Shown one piece after another: positions 55,087 to 64,000 of a DNA stretch of 64,000 nucleotides; position 1 is the stretch's first letter; every line of letters starts with the position of its first letter. The position numbers and the translations under genes are program-made. The stretch spans positions 3,005-67,004 of the forward strand of contig CAIMUX010000121.1 in the NCBI GenBank assembly GCA_903844735.1, in the 5' to 3' direction. The notes beneath the pieces are model-generated. The model was given only the letters and a program-made list of their open reading frames with translations, made no database searches and was not told where the DNA came from. The DNA comes from Candidatus Eiseniibacteriota bacterium (GTDB lineage: Bacteria > Eisenbacteria > RBG-16-71-46 > CAIMUX01).

Positions 55087-56277
55087 TTAGGGCCTCGGCG
55101 TGAGAGCGGCGACGCCGGGCAGCACTCTTCCCTCGAGGAACTCGAGAGAAGCGCCACCGCCGGTGCTGACATGACTCACCGCCGACTCGAGGCCCGCCTG
55201 GTTCACTGCTGCTGCGGAATCGCCTCCGCCAACCACGGTGATCGCCCCTGCCTTTGTGGCCTCGGCCAAGGCTCGGGCCACCGCGAGCGTTCCTTGAGCG
55301 AAGACCGGCACCTCGAAAACACCCATCGGGCCGTTCCAGAGGATGGTGCGAGCGCCCCGCAGAATGCCGGCGAACTCCTCCGCCGTGGCCGGACCGATGT
55401 CACCTCCGGCAAGGTCGACCGGCATCGCCGAAACGGACACCACGCGCACGGGTGCCGAGCCGTCAAGGACCGTCGCCGCCAGCGTGTCCGAGGGCAACAT
55501 CAGCTTCCCGGCCCCGGGGCCGTGCAGCAGTTCGCGCGCCATCTCCACCCGATCGGCTTCCACCAGCGACTTCCCCACCTCATACCCCTCGGCCCGGAAA
55601 AACGTGAACGCCATGGCCCCGCCCACCAGTAGTCGGTCAACGCGAGGCAGCAGGTTGTGGATCACATCGATCTTGCCGGAGATTTTCGAGCCGCCGAGCA
55701 CTGCGACGAACGGACGGGCCGGTGACTCCAGTGCAGAACCGAGGTAGTCCAACTCCTTCTCCATGAGCAGACCGGCCACGCTCGGCGAGAGAAAGCGGGT
55801 CACCCCCTCGGTGGAGGCGTGGGCCCGATGGGCGGAGCCGAAAGCGTCGTTCACGAAGAGATCGCCCAACGCGGCCAGTTGTCGCGCGAACACTGCATCG
55901 TTCTTCTCCTCCTCCGCATGGAAGCGCACGTTCTCGAGGAGAAGTACGCCGCCGTCCGGGAGCGCGCGCGAGGCAGCCTCCGCCTCGGGACCGATGCAGT
56001 CATCGGCGAAACTCACCGAACCACCGAGAAGTTCCGTCAAACGGTCGGCCACCGGGCGCAGAGACTGCGCCCGGTCCGGCTTTCCCTTGGGCCGTCCGAG
56101 GTGCGACATGAGGATCACTTTCGCCCCGGCCTTCGAGAGGAAGCGGATCGTGGGCAGGGAGGCCTTGATCCGGGTGTCGTCGGCAACCTTCCCGTCTTTG
56201 AACGGCACATTGAAATCGACGCGAACGAGCGCTCTTCTTCCCGGCAGCGTCACCTGCCGCACGGTCGTTCTGTCCAA
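55087..56277 (-). CDS. pgk: Phosphoglycerate kinase
   Basis: RVDFNVP, SHLGRP, NDAFGSAHRAHAS, WNGPMGVFE and STGGGASLE. Confidence 0.98.
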   Translation of the reverse strand: MDRTTVRQVTLPGRRALVRVDFNVPFKDGKVADDTRIKASLPTIRFLSKAGAKVILMSHLGRPKGKPDRAQSLRPVADRLTELLGGSVSFADDCIGPEAEAASRALPDGGVLLLENVRFHAEEEKNDAVFARQLAALGDLFVNDAFGSAHRAHASTEGVTRFLSPSVAGLLMEKELDYLGSALESPARPFVAVLGGSKISGKIDVIHNLLPRVDRLLVGGAMAFTFFRAEGYEVGKSLVEADRVEMARELLHGPGAGKLMLPSDTLAATVLDGSAPVRVVSVSAMPVDLAGGDIGPATAEEFAGILRGARTILWNGPMGVFEVPVFAQGTLAVARALAEATKAGAITVVGGGDSAAAVNQAGLESAVSHVSTGGGASLEFLEGRVLPGVAALTPRP

Positions 56278-56395
56278 GACGAACCCCCTTCTTTCGCGCC
56301 TGACGCGCGTTCAGTGTTTTCCCTGACGCCGGAATCGTAGGAGCAAGCAGCATCAGCGTCAACCGCTGGTCCCCGCGAGGACCCTGCGGTGGGCC

Positions 56396-57955
56396 TCACT
56401 GCAGGGTGCCGGGAGCGTTGGTGTAGACGAGCGTGTAGTCGCCGGTCCCCAACTCATCGACGAAGATGAACTTCAGGCCAAGCTTCTGGCCGGGAGTGAT
56501 GTACTCCGGGAGGAGGGGATCGCCGCGGGTGGCGTATTCCCAAACTTCGTAGGCGCGGTTGTCGAATCGCGAGCGCCGCTTGGTCAGTCGACTGCTCGCC
56601 CCGTCGCCGGTCTCATCGTCGGCGGCCATTTCCTCGGGGATCGCCCCCCAAAGCAGGTTACCGTCATGGGGATTGAGCTCCGCACGGACCTCGTCCGCCG
56701 GTCCCAACCGGATGAAGACGCGCCCTCGGTCGGAGAGCATCCCCGTGCGCTGCCCTCGGAAAAACAGGTCGGCGTGGGCTCGGCGCTCCTCGAAGACGCG
56801 CTCGAGCGAGTTGATTGCACCGGACTCACTCGGAGCGCGGCTGTTCCACAAATCGAGAAAGAACGTCTCCTGCGCTCCGCGATCAAGTTTCTCGAATCTC
56901 TCAAACTCCGGGGACGGGAGGATAACGCGCGCAATATCTAGGAATTCGGCCTGGCTACGCATCCAGCTTCGTTCGTCCCATACCACTTGGAAAGCTCCCG
57001 TCGCCTGCGCCAACGGTTCACCCGCCCCGTCCAGGCGGTGGAGCGTGACCTCCATGCTGTAGGCACCGCCACGCAGCCCCGACAGATCATACCGCCGCAG
57101 CATCCAGGTAGCCTCCGCGGACACGGCCAGCGTCTCTCGCTCCGCGGCGACCTCTAGTAGGTCGGGTAGATGCAGCACACGTCGCGTCTCCACCAGCGCT
57201 CCGGCTTCCTTGCCCTCGCCGGGATACCGTTCCCAATAGACCGTGAGGAACGGTTGGAAAAGTCCGTAGTAGCGATAGGGGTTCGGCTCGAGGCGGGTCC
57301 GGACTCCGCTGAGCCCACCCCTCGCGACGTCCGCATCGACGGTCGCGCTTGGTCCCCAGGCGAAGAGGAGGTCGCTCAGCCTTCCCGGCACGGCCGGTTC
57401 CCCCTCCGGAACGATCCGCCCGGCAAGCTCGCCGTCGAGTCGCTTGTCTCGGAGTTGATCGACGAGTCCCCGCTTGCTTCGGTCCAGATCCTCCACCCGC
57501 ACGCGCAGACCGACTGTTCCTTCCACCCAGCGGGGAAAAAGCCGCAGCCACCCTCGAGAAACAGGAAAGCCGCCATCCTCACGTGAAGCCGCGGGCGGGA
57601 GCCGGACTTCCGTGCGAAAACGGCCGAGGGATCGCTTCCGCCGATCCAGCGGCTCGATCTCGACGGAGAGCCTCGCGCTGTCGTTCTCCGCTAGCAGGCT
57701 GTCCCGCGGGACGGAGATGGCCACCTCCACGATCGGGCCGTCGGGACCCCGGAATCGAGCGGCGTCCGCCTGAAACATGATGTTCCCGCGTGCCTCGAGG
57801 GGAAACACATCCTGGAGCGGATCGGAGGCAAATACCGGCCAGAACCCGGCTATCAGCGGCCATAGGAAAAGCAGCGCTTTTGATCCCACCGGCTCACCTC
57901 CGGCGTCCCGCACCTTCCCGGAGACAACAATCTGCGTCTCCGAGTCTTCCCTCAC
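56396..57955 (-). CDS. GWxTD-domain-containing exported protein (motif variant GMLSD)
   Basis: FFLDLW...ERRAHAD..F...GMLSDRGRVFIRLGPAD...YEVWEY...FIFVD..GTGDY. Start uncertain. Confidence 0.8.
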   Translation of the reverse strand: MREDSETQIVVSGKVRDAGGEPVGSKALLFLWPLIAGFWPVFASDPLQDVFPLEARGNIMFQADAARFRGPDGPIVEVAISVPRDSLLAENDSARLSVEIEPLDRRKRSLGRFRTEVRLPPAASREDGGFPVSRGWLRLFPRWVEGTVGLRVRVEDLDRSKRGLVDQLRDKRLDGELAGRIVPEGEPAVPGRLSDLLFAWGPSATVDADVARGGLSGVRTRLEPNPYRYYGLFQPFLTVYWERYPGEGKEAGALVETRRVLHLPDLLEVAAERETLAVSAEATWMLRRYDLSGLRGGAYSMEVTLHRLDGAGEPLAQATGAFQVVWDERSWMRSQAEFLDIARVILPSPEFERFEKLDRGAQETFFLDLWNSRAPSESGAINSLERVFEERRAHADLFFRGQRTGMLSDRGRVFIRLGPADEVRAELNPHDGNLLWGAIPEEMAADDETGDGASSRLTKRRSRFDNRAYEVWEYATRGDPLLPEYITPGQKLGLKFIFVDELGTGDYTLVYTNAPGTLQ

Positions 57956-58019
57956 AAACGCAAGAACCCCGGCCGCGCACCGGCCGGGGCCCGATCGTTA
58001 CGCCGTCTCCGAGACCGGC

Positions 58020-58958
58020 TCAGAACCGAAAGTCGACCGACACACGATGAACCGCCGGCATGGCGCCCATGTCGGTATACGCGTAGTCCACCCGGGCCTC
58101 GGAGTTCAGCGCGGCGGCGAGCTTGAAGCCGAGCCCGGCGCTGAATGTCTCCAGATCAGAGTTGAACTGGTACCCGCTTCGCACGAAGAAGAACTCCTTG
58201 AAGCCGTATTCCATCCCCCAGCTCGCCCGTTCGCTGTTGTCCGGCGGGTGACTGAAGTCACCGGCCATGAGAACCATCTGGCTGCCGGACTCGTAAAGGT
58301 TCATCGACATCCCGACCCTAAAGACGGTCGGCATCTTCACCTGACTCTCGATGAATGTCATGTCGCTACCGATATTTTGGATCGCCATTCCGATGCGGAG
58401 ACTGCGGTATCCTGTGTTGTACAGCGTGCCGAAGTCGAAAATGACGGCGCTTCCTGTGTATGATGCGAGCGAGGACTGCAGGTAACTCGCACCGATCCCG
58501 GCCGAGAACTTGTCGGTGAGCGAGCGGCCATACGTGACACCCAACGCCATGTCCCCCGAGTCAGACGATCGGCCCTCGCCCTCGGGACGAAAGACAGTAC
58601 GGACCTGCTGCTCGTCCATGTAGAGGCTGCGGGCGCTGATCCCGATCGTCCCCGGGAGAAACCGGGTGTGGAAAAGATAGGTGGCCTGCGCGTAACCGAT
58701 ATCCGCCAGCCAGGTCGTGTGATTGATGCTGAGTACGCCCTTCTGGATGCGGGCGATTCCCGCGGGGTTCCAATAGACAGCGGTCGCGTCATCGGCCACG
58801 GAGACAAACGAACTCCCCATGGCAACCGCCCGGGCGCCGATCCCGATCTTGAGGACCTGTCCTCCGATCGTACCGACCTTGGCGAACTGGCGCGCGCTGT
58901 GCGCCAAGCCCGGGCTGATCAAGGCCAATGCCACCATCAGGATCAAGATGCGCTTCAC
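58020..58958 (-). CDS. PorV/PorQ-family (FadL-like) outer-membrane protein
   Basis: Signal peptide; LKIGIGARAVAMG...DDATAVYWNPAG; ends VDYAY...HRVSVDFRF. Confidence 0.88.
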   Translation of the reverse strand: MKRILILMVALALISPGLAHSARQFAKVGTIGGQVLKIGIGARAVAMGSSFVSVADDATAVYWNPAGIARIQKGVLSINHTTWLADIGYAQATYLFHTRFLPGTIGISARSLYMDEQQVRTVFRPEGEGRSSDSGDMALGVTYGRSLTDKFSAGIGASYLQSSLASYTGSAVIFDFGTLYNTGYRSLRIGMAIQNIGSDMTFIESQVKMPTVFRVGMSMNLYESGSQMVLMAGDFSHPPDNSERASWGMEYGFKEFFFVRSGYQFNSDLETFSAGLGFKLAAALNSEARVDYAYTDMGAMPAVHRVSVDFRF

Positions 58959-59001
58959 CCGACTCCTCCTTCGCTCCTGCCGCCCAGAGACCTTCTCGGC
59001 C

Positions 59002-61488
59002 TCAGCGAACCACCACGAAACGTCCCACCTTGCTCTTGCCGCCGCACTCCACCAAGTAGATGTAAATTCCGGCGACGATATCCTGCCCGTTCCGGCTAAT
59101 CAGGTCCCAATAGACGTCTCCCTGCGCGCGACCACCGCCGGCACCCAGGTGATCGAGTGTCCTCACCAGATCGCCCGCCAATGTGTAGATCTTCACCGTG
59201 CAGGCCTCATTCGGCAAACCCACGAACGCCAGCTTCGTTCCGGTCGGGTCGGCTTTGCTCGGCGTGAGATCCCATCCATTGGGGTTCTTTCCCGCGATAT
59301 ATGGGTTCGGCACGACATAGATTCCGCCCAGATCGCCGGAGGGACTGGAGTCCCACCGCGGATACACGGCGTCTCTCTCCATCGCGGTGGGACTACCCTC
59401 CAGAAGGATTCGCTTCCCCGTTCTCGAGTCCCACCAGGTGGCGAAAGCGGTGACATCATAGAAATAGATCATCCCGTTCTTGAGGCCCATCGTGTCTCGA
59501 TAGCTATACCGCCCGATAGGGTACCGCCATTTGAACGCTTCGGTGGTATCGCTCGACCCGGTGGGAACAGGTCCGAACGAGTCAGGCGTCGCGTGGACGT
59601 ACCTAGGCTCCGAATCCTTCAGCAGGTAGTACGGCGAGTCGACGCCGAGGCTGTCCTCGGGATCAAGGGACAGGGCCGCAATCAGCTGCCAGTCGCTCGG
59701 CCCCGGCCCCGGCGATCCCACCGGCCGGTTCCAACCCTCGACGCGCCAGACTTTGTATCCCGTGAAAAGAATCGTCTTCTGAACCGGGTCCGCGATAAGT
59801 TCAGCCTGGTTGTCCCACGCGATCTCGACCCAGCGATCGCCCGAGGTAGCATTGGCCGCAGGAGCCGGGGGAGCCACCGGACCCACCCAGTGAATGAGCG
59901 CTTCCAGGCCGGGGCCGTTTGCTGCCGCCGTGTTGTCAGGAAACAACGGGGTGCAGCACTCGCAGTCGTGATCCGCGTAGTTGTCAGGGATGCAATAGCT
60001 CTCTTTGATCGTTCGAACAGTCGGGGTCAGCGAATCGCAAGGATCCTTGTAGATCAGCGGCTCGCCGACCACCAAAGCCCGGAGACATGTCTCTTTCCCG
60101 TTCATGCCGGTCAGGGGATCTCCATCCGCGTTGCGCCACTGACCGTTGTAGATGGTCTGGGCGTTCACCGCATTCGTCAGCATCCCGTTCAAGCCCGTGC
60201 CGACCACGAAAGCGACTTGGAGCTGCAAAACCTCCCCGGCCGCCATTTCTGAAAACGGCCCCGCAGAGAAACAATAACGGTAGTCGTCCGGCGCGCCGGT
60301 GATCCGCGTCGGTGTCGTCCCCGCTTGCAGCAGGTCGTACCGTTGTGTGTCATTGGCTGGATCGCCGGCGGGATATGGATTTCCTCCGTTGAAGAAACGC
60401 GCCGTATGCACCTTCACTTCGGAGGGCGCCCGCTCGCCGGAAGGGTCGGTGGTGTGCCCGAGGAACATTCCCCCGAAGTAGCCTTCGACATCGCCGCCCA
60501 TGGCCCCCGCCCCGTCATCCGGGACATCGTACATGTAGCAAATATTCAGAGACAGCTTCTGGTCGGCGCACTTCATGTGTGTGCCGGTCACCCGTTGATC
60601 GCACTCAAAGCTGACGGCCGGGTTGGTGAAAGTCGTGTCCCTGGCGTAAAAGGCCCCGCGGTCATCCGAGTAGTAGTCGGGGTTGCTTTTCGGCCCCACG
60701 TCGGAATCGACGAAAAAGCCGAGGTACACCTGGCGGAGTGTCTCGAATCCGTCGTTGACGATCTTGAAGTCCAATCCGATAAACTCGTTGGCACCCTCGG
60801 TCGACCAGGCATAGCTCTCCTGGTGGACGCGAACGCCGAGCGGCCGGTGCTCGGTCCAACGCGCTCGCGCCTCCTCGGTATAATCCCAGTACTCGCAGGA
60901 AAACATCTGCTGAGAGATCGCCGCAAAGTCCTCGTCAATCCTCCCGTCCCCATCGTCGTCCTTGCCGTTGACAGGATCCTCGTCGATGTTCCCGTCGCGA
61001 TCGTCGTCCGGCTCCGTGGAAAAGCCCTGGCGGTTCCCCTTCAAGGCACCCTCGAAGCTCGCGTAGATGTGGTCCACCGGGGCCAGGCTCGGACGAAGCT
61101 CGGTCTCGTAGGCTCCGGTCGAGACGTAGGCGAGGTTGTCACTGGCCACCGCACCGATCCACATGGAGGCCGCGAACAGGTACTCACCACCCCGCCAGGC
61201 GGCCGCCGATTCCTGCGGAACATACCCGATGTTCCCGATGATCCCGAGATTGGTGATCATCACGTCCAACAGGCCGACATTGTGCCGCCTTCGTCCGAGC
61301 TCCGGGTTCTCCTCGTTAATCCTGTTGGCGTAGACCTTGTCCCCGGCATCCAGAGGATGGTATGCGCCGACCAAATCCACCCGCGCTCCGGCCAAGAACA
61401 GAAGCGTCAGCAAGGCGGCCCGTAGTGACCGCCCACCGACACTATCCGCAATGGACGGCTTCGACAGGCAGGTGCGATCTTTCAACAT
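59002..61488 (-). CDS. Large secreted protein with Asp-rich Ca-binding-like loops and a T9SS-like C-terminal domain
   Basis: Signal-like N-terminus; DDDRDGNIDED..DDDGDGRIDED; C-terminal IYVVPNPY...KIYTLAGDLVRTL...WDLISRNGQDIVAGIYIY...GRFVVVR. Confidence 0.82.
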   Translation of the reverse strand: MLKDRTCLSKPSIADSVGGRSLRAALLTLLFLAGARVDLVGAYHPLDAGDKVYANRINEENPELGRRRHNVGLLDVMITNLGIIGNIGYVPQESAAAWRGGEYLFAASMWIGAVASDNLAYVSTGAYETELRPSLAPVDHIYASFEGALKGNRQGFSTEPDDDRDGNIDEDPVNGKDDDGDGRIDEDFAAISQQMFSCEYWDYTEEARARWTEHRPLGVRVHQESYAWSTEGANEFIGLDFKIVNDGFETLRQVYLGFFVDSDVGPKSNPDYYSDDRGAFYARDTTFTNPAVSFECDQRVTGTHMKCADQKLSLNICYMYDVPDDGAGAMGGDVEGYFGGMFLGHTTDPSGERAPSEVKVHTARFFNGGNPYPAGDPANDTQRYDLLQAGTTPTRITGAPDDYRYCFSAGPFSEMAAGEVLQLQVAFVVGTGLNGMLTNAVNAQTIYNGQWRNADGDPLTGMNGKETCLRALVVGEPLIYKDPCDSLTPTVRTIKESYCIPDNYADHDCECCTPLFPDNTAAANGPGLEALIHWVGPVAPPAPAANATSGDRWVEIAWDNQAELIADPVQKTILFTGYKVWRVEGWNRPVGSPGPGPSDWQLIAALSLDPEDSLGVDSPYYLLKDSEPRYVHATPDSFGPVPTGSSDTTEAFKWRYPIGRYSYRDTMGLKNGMIYFYDVTAFATWWDSRTGKRILLEGSPTAMERDAVYPRWDSSPSGDLGGIYVVPNPYIAGKNPNGWDLTPSKADPTGTKLAFVGLPNEACTVKIYTLAGDLVRTLDHLGAGGGRAQGDVYWDLISRNGQDIVAGIYIYLVECGGKSKVGRFVVVR

Positions 61489-61502
61489 GAGTGCTCCCCG
61501 CT

Positions 61503-64000
61503 CTAAAAGCTGTAGGAAAGGCCGACTTTTACCGCGCGCGGGGCACCGTAAACCCGCGGATCGTACACCGGCACCCAATCCCCGATACCGTCGCCAGTGA
61601 GATCCTCGCCGATGTAGGCCCCGCCGCCGCGTCCGGTCTCTGTGTAGTAGATGTCGTAGTCGTTGACGGTGCGCCCCGGCGGCGTCGGGAAGTTGGACGG
61701 ACTCAGCATCGTGATATTCTCGGTGTCAAGGATGTTCTGGCCGTCGAGAAAGACTCGGAAACGCTGGCCCCAAATCTGATAGAACTTCTCGATCTTCGCG
61801 TCGAGGCCCGTAGTCGACGGCAGCCGGCGCGAGTTGACGACTTCAGGCTTCAGCTCGCGGGTGTTTCGCCCCCACGGTGTGTAGGGAAATCCACTCTCGT
61901 AACTCCAGATGAACGAGGCCGACCAAGCCCCCGGCTGCGCCAGAACGAACTGGACCGAAAAGTTGTGCCGGACATCCCAGTCCAGGGCCTGCTCGGAAAT
62001 CGGCAGATAGACGAAGTTCGACTGGGTGGCCTGGGCCGGGTCAGAGGCGACCCCGGTGGCGACCGAAAAATTGTAGTTCAGCTCCCCCGAGAAGTTGTTG
62101 GCAAAGCGCCGGGTAAGCGTCGCTTCGAAGCCCCGCGAAGAGGCGTAGTCGCGGTTCACCCAGTAGGTGACGTTTCCGACCTGTCCGTCCACAGCGAGTT
62201 CCTCGCTGGTGAGGAGTCCGAAGATGTCTTTGTAGTAGACCGAGAACTGCCCGGAAACAGCTTCGTTGAAAAGGTGCTGGATAGCAGCTTGGTAAGAAAC
62301 GGTTGTCTCGTTGGTAAGATTGGCGTTGCCCCGGGTGCGCCCGTCCAGGACTTGCCGATCGTCGAAGATATAGCTCCGATCCGGAATTTGATAGAATCGC
62401 CCGTAGTGAAAGCTAAACACATCCCGGTCCGAGATCGGGTACGCGATGCCCACGCGCGGCGACCACTGCTTCTTGACGCGTTCCTTCACTTCACTGATCG
62501 AAAGCTGTTCGCCTACACTGAAGACATCGTAGCGAAGCCCGATATTGAGCACCATCCCCTCGTGCTCCCACTTATCCTGAAGGTAGGCTCCGCCCTCCGG
62601 GTTGTAGTAGTGATAGCGCGTTCGGGTGCCAATCTCCCCGGCTGCACTGGTCTGATAGGCGTTATCGACCTGGTAGTAGCGCATATCGTTGTACGCCGCA
62701 TCAATGCCGCTTTGAAAGGTATGGCGCCGGCGCTTGCGGGTGACGTCAATCTTGGAGCCGTAGACCTTGGTTTCGCGGTGACTCAGCGTGGGGTAATCAC
62801 CGCCGGTGGCGAAGAACTCGCTGGAAGCCATGTCTCGGGGATCGTAGTTAAAGTAGAAGTCGCGCGCCGTCCCCTCATACTCCCAGGGATCCTTTCCCTG
62901 CACCCGCGTATCGCTGAAGAAGGAATTTCGACTCAGCTTCACCGAATAAAAGGTCGCGGCGTCGAGAGCGTGGCTCCATGCCAGTTTCACCTGCCCGAAC
63001 TTGCGCTGGAAATTCGGAGTGTGCTCGGCCGCATTGTAGTACACATAGGAGGAGTCGAGTTGGGTCGGCGACCAACGTCCCCGGCGGCGGATCACCTCTC
63101 CGGTGCGGGTTGTGTCGAGGAACGTCGCGACGTAGCCGGACCGGCTCCAGATGTGATAGTAGACATCGGACCGGTTCCGTTCGTTGAGCAGCTCGGCGGT
63201 CAGCTTCTGGGTCTTCCCCGGCCGCCAGGCGAGCTTTCCTTGGAGCTTCACTGTGTTTGACTTGCGGTCTCCCACCGAAATGAAATTCAGGATCTTCGTT
63301 CGACTCCGCCGACGGTTTGTCATCGGATAGTTGTCCTGGAAAACCCCCTCTCCGGAAACATAGTAGGTAAGGTTTCTCACCGGGCTCGGTCCGCCGATCC
63401 CCAGAGTGAAGCGGTCCAGGTTGTCAAAGGTGTTGTCGGGCTGGCCATAGTCGTCGGTAATGTACGACAGATTGCCCTCGAAGCTGTCGCCCCCCTCCCG
63501 AGTCTTATAGTTGATGACAGCGGACTGGGCATTTCCGTACTGAGCGTCGAGTCCGCCCATGATCTGCTCGACGTCCTCGATGGCGACCATGGCGAGACTG
63601 ACGGCACCACCCACCAGCGGGTCGCGTACGGGAACGCCGTCGACCTGAATCTGTACTTCGCCCGCGCGGCCGCCGCGGATATGGAGCCCGTCAGCACGCG
63701 CGACCACGCCGGCCTTGAGGGCGATGAGATCCGTGATGTCGCTGACCGGGAGATTGGCCGCGTCGTCGGTGTTGATCGTATAGCCGGTCTGCGTGCTCTT
63801 GGTCTTGATCCGCTCGCGCACCGCTACGATCTCGACTTCCTGGATGGTGGTCGGCTTCTCCTTGATCTTGAACTCGACGGTGGCCGTGCTGCCCGCCGCC
63901 ACCACCACGCCGGTGACCGACTGATCTTCGTATCCGACCATAGTCACGCGCACCGCGTAGGTTCCCGGGGGGATATTGACGACCTTGAAGGATCCATCGT
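61503..64000 (-). CDS. TonB-dependent receptor with N-terminal carboxypeptidase-regulatory-like domain; 5' end is outside the window
   Basis: IPPGTYAVRVTMVGY, plug LHIRGGR...VDGVPV..P, GGLDAQYGNAQSAVIN, SPRVGIAYPI, and terminal PRAVKVGLSYSF. Confidence 0.92.
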   Translation of the reverse strand, partial: DGSFKVVNIPPGTYAVRVTMVGYEDQSVTGVVVAAGSTATVEFKIKEKPTTIQEVEIVAVRERIKTKSTQTGYTINTDDAANLPVSDITDLIALKAGVVARADGLHIRGGRAGEVQIQVDGVPVRDPLVGGAVSLAMVAIEDVEQIMGGLDAQYGNAQSAVINYKTREGGDSFEGNLSYITDDYGQPDNTFDNLDRFTLGIGGPSPVRNLTYYVSGEGVFQDNYPMTNRRRSRTKILNFISVGDRKSNTVKLQGKLAWRPGKTQKLTAELLNERNRSDVYYHIWSRSGYVATFLDTTRTGEVIRRRGRWSPTQLDSSYVYYNAAEHTPNFQRKFGQVKLAWSHALDAATFYSVKLSRNSFFSDTRVQGKDPWEYEGTARDFYFNYDPRDMASSEFFATGGDYPTLSHRETKVYGSKIDVTRKRRRHTFQSGIDAAYNDMRYYQVDNAYQTSAAGEIGTRTRYHYYNPEGGAYLQDKWEHEGMVLNIGLRYDVFSVGEQLSISEVKERVKKQWSPRVGIAYPISDRDVFSFHYGRFYQIPDRSYIFDDRQVLDGRTRGNANLTNETTVSYQAAIQHLFNEAVSGQFSVYYKDIFGLLTSEELAVDGQVGNVTYWVNRDYASSRGFEATLTRRFANNFSGELNYNFSVATGVASDPAQATQSNFVYLPISEQALDWDVRHNFSVQFVLAQPGAWSASFIWSYESGFPYTPWGRNTRELKPEVVNSRRLPSTTGLDAKIEKFYQIWGQRFRVFLDGQNILDTENITMLSPSNFPTPPGRTVNDYDIYYTETGRGGGAYIGEDLTGDGIGDWVPVYDPRVYGAPRAVKVGLSYSF

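Overview
High-GC bacterial chromosomal window. PorV, FlgD-Ig/T9SS-like C-terminal domains, a GWxTD protein and a TonB-dependent receptor suggest an FCB-related lineage such as Ca. Eisenbacteria (inference). Most genes are on the minus strand and most are housekeeping: gcvT-H-PA-PB running into a GlmL/MutL-type ATPase gene, maeB, mrp, trmB, dCMP deaminase, clpP, mdh, mutS, scpA-scpB-rluB-aroA-cmk-plsC-rpsA, and pgk-tpiA-secG-tRNA-Leu(GAG). Five things stand out. (1) A ~1800-aa PEP-synthase-like dikinase has its ATP-grasp domain at the C-terminus and is followed 6 nt later by a second MaeB paralogue that has lost the catalytic Lys and metal ligands; the pair is divergent from mdh. (2) An orphan CheA has a permuted domain order (P3-P4-P5-P1-P2), sits behind a lone receiver protein and has a sigma28-like promoter. 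(3) There are dispersed non-coding repeats: a ~100-bp element in two inverted copies, a 25-bp motif in two copies, and several heptamer arrays. (4) A sigma54 two-component envelope module has a candidate -24/-12 promoter. (5) A TonB receptor / large secreted protein / PorV / GWxTD cluster ends the window. No CRISPR array, rRNA or intact mobile element was found, only a transposase remnant. All assignments come from reading motifs by eye; no database searches were run.
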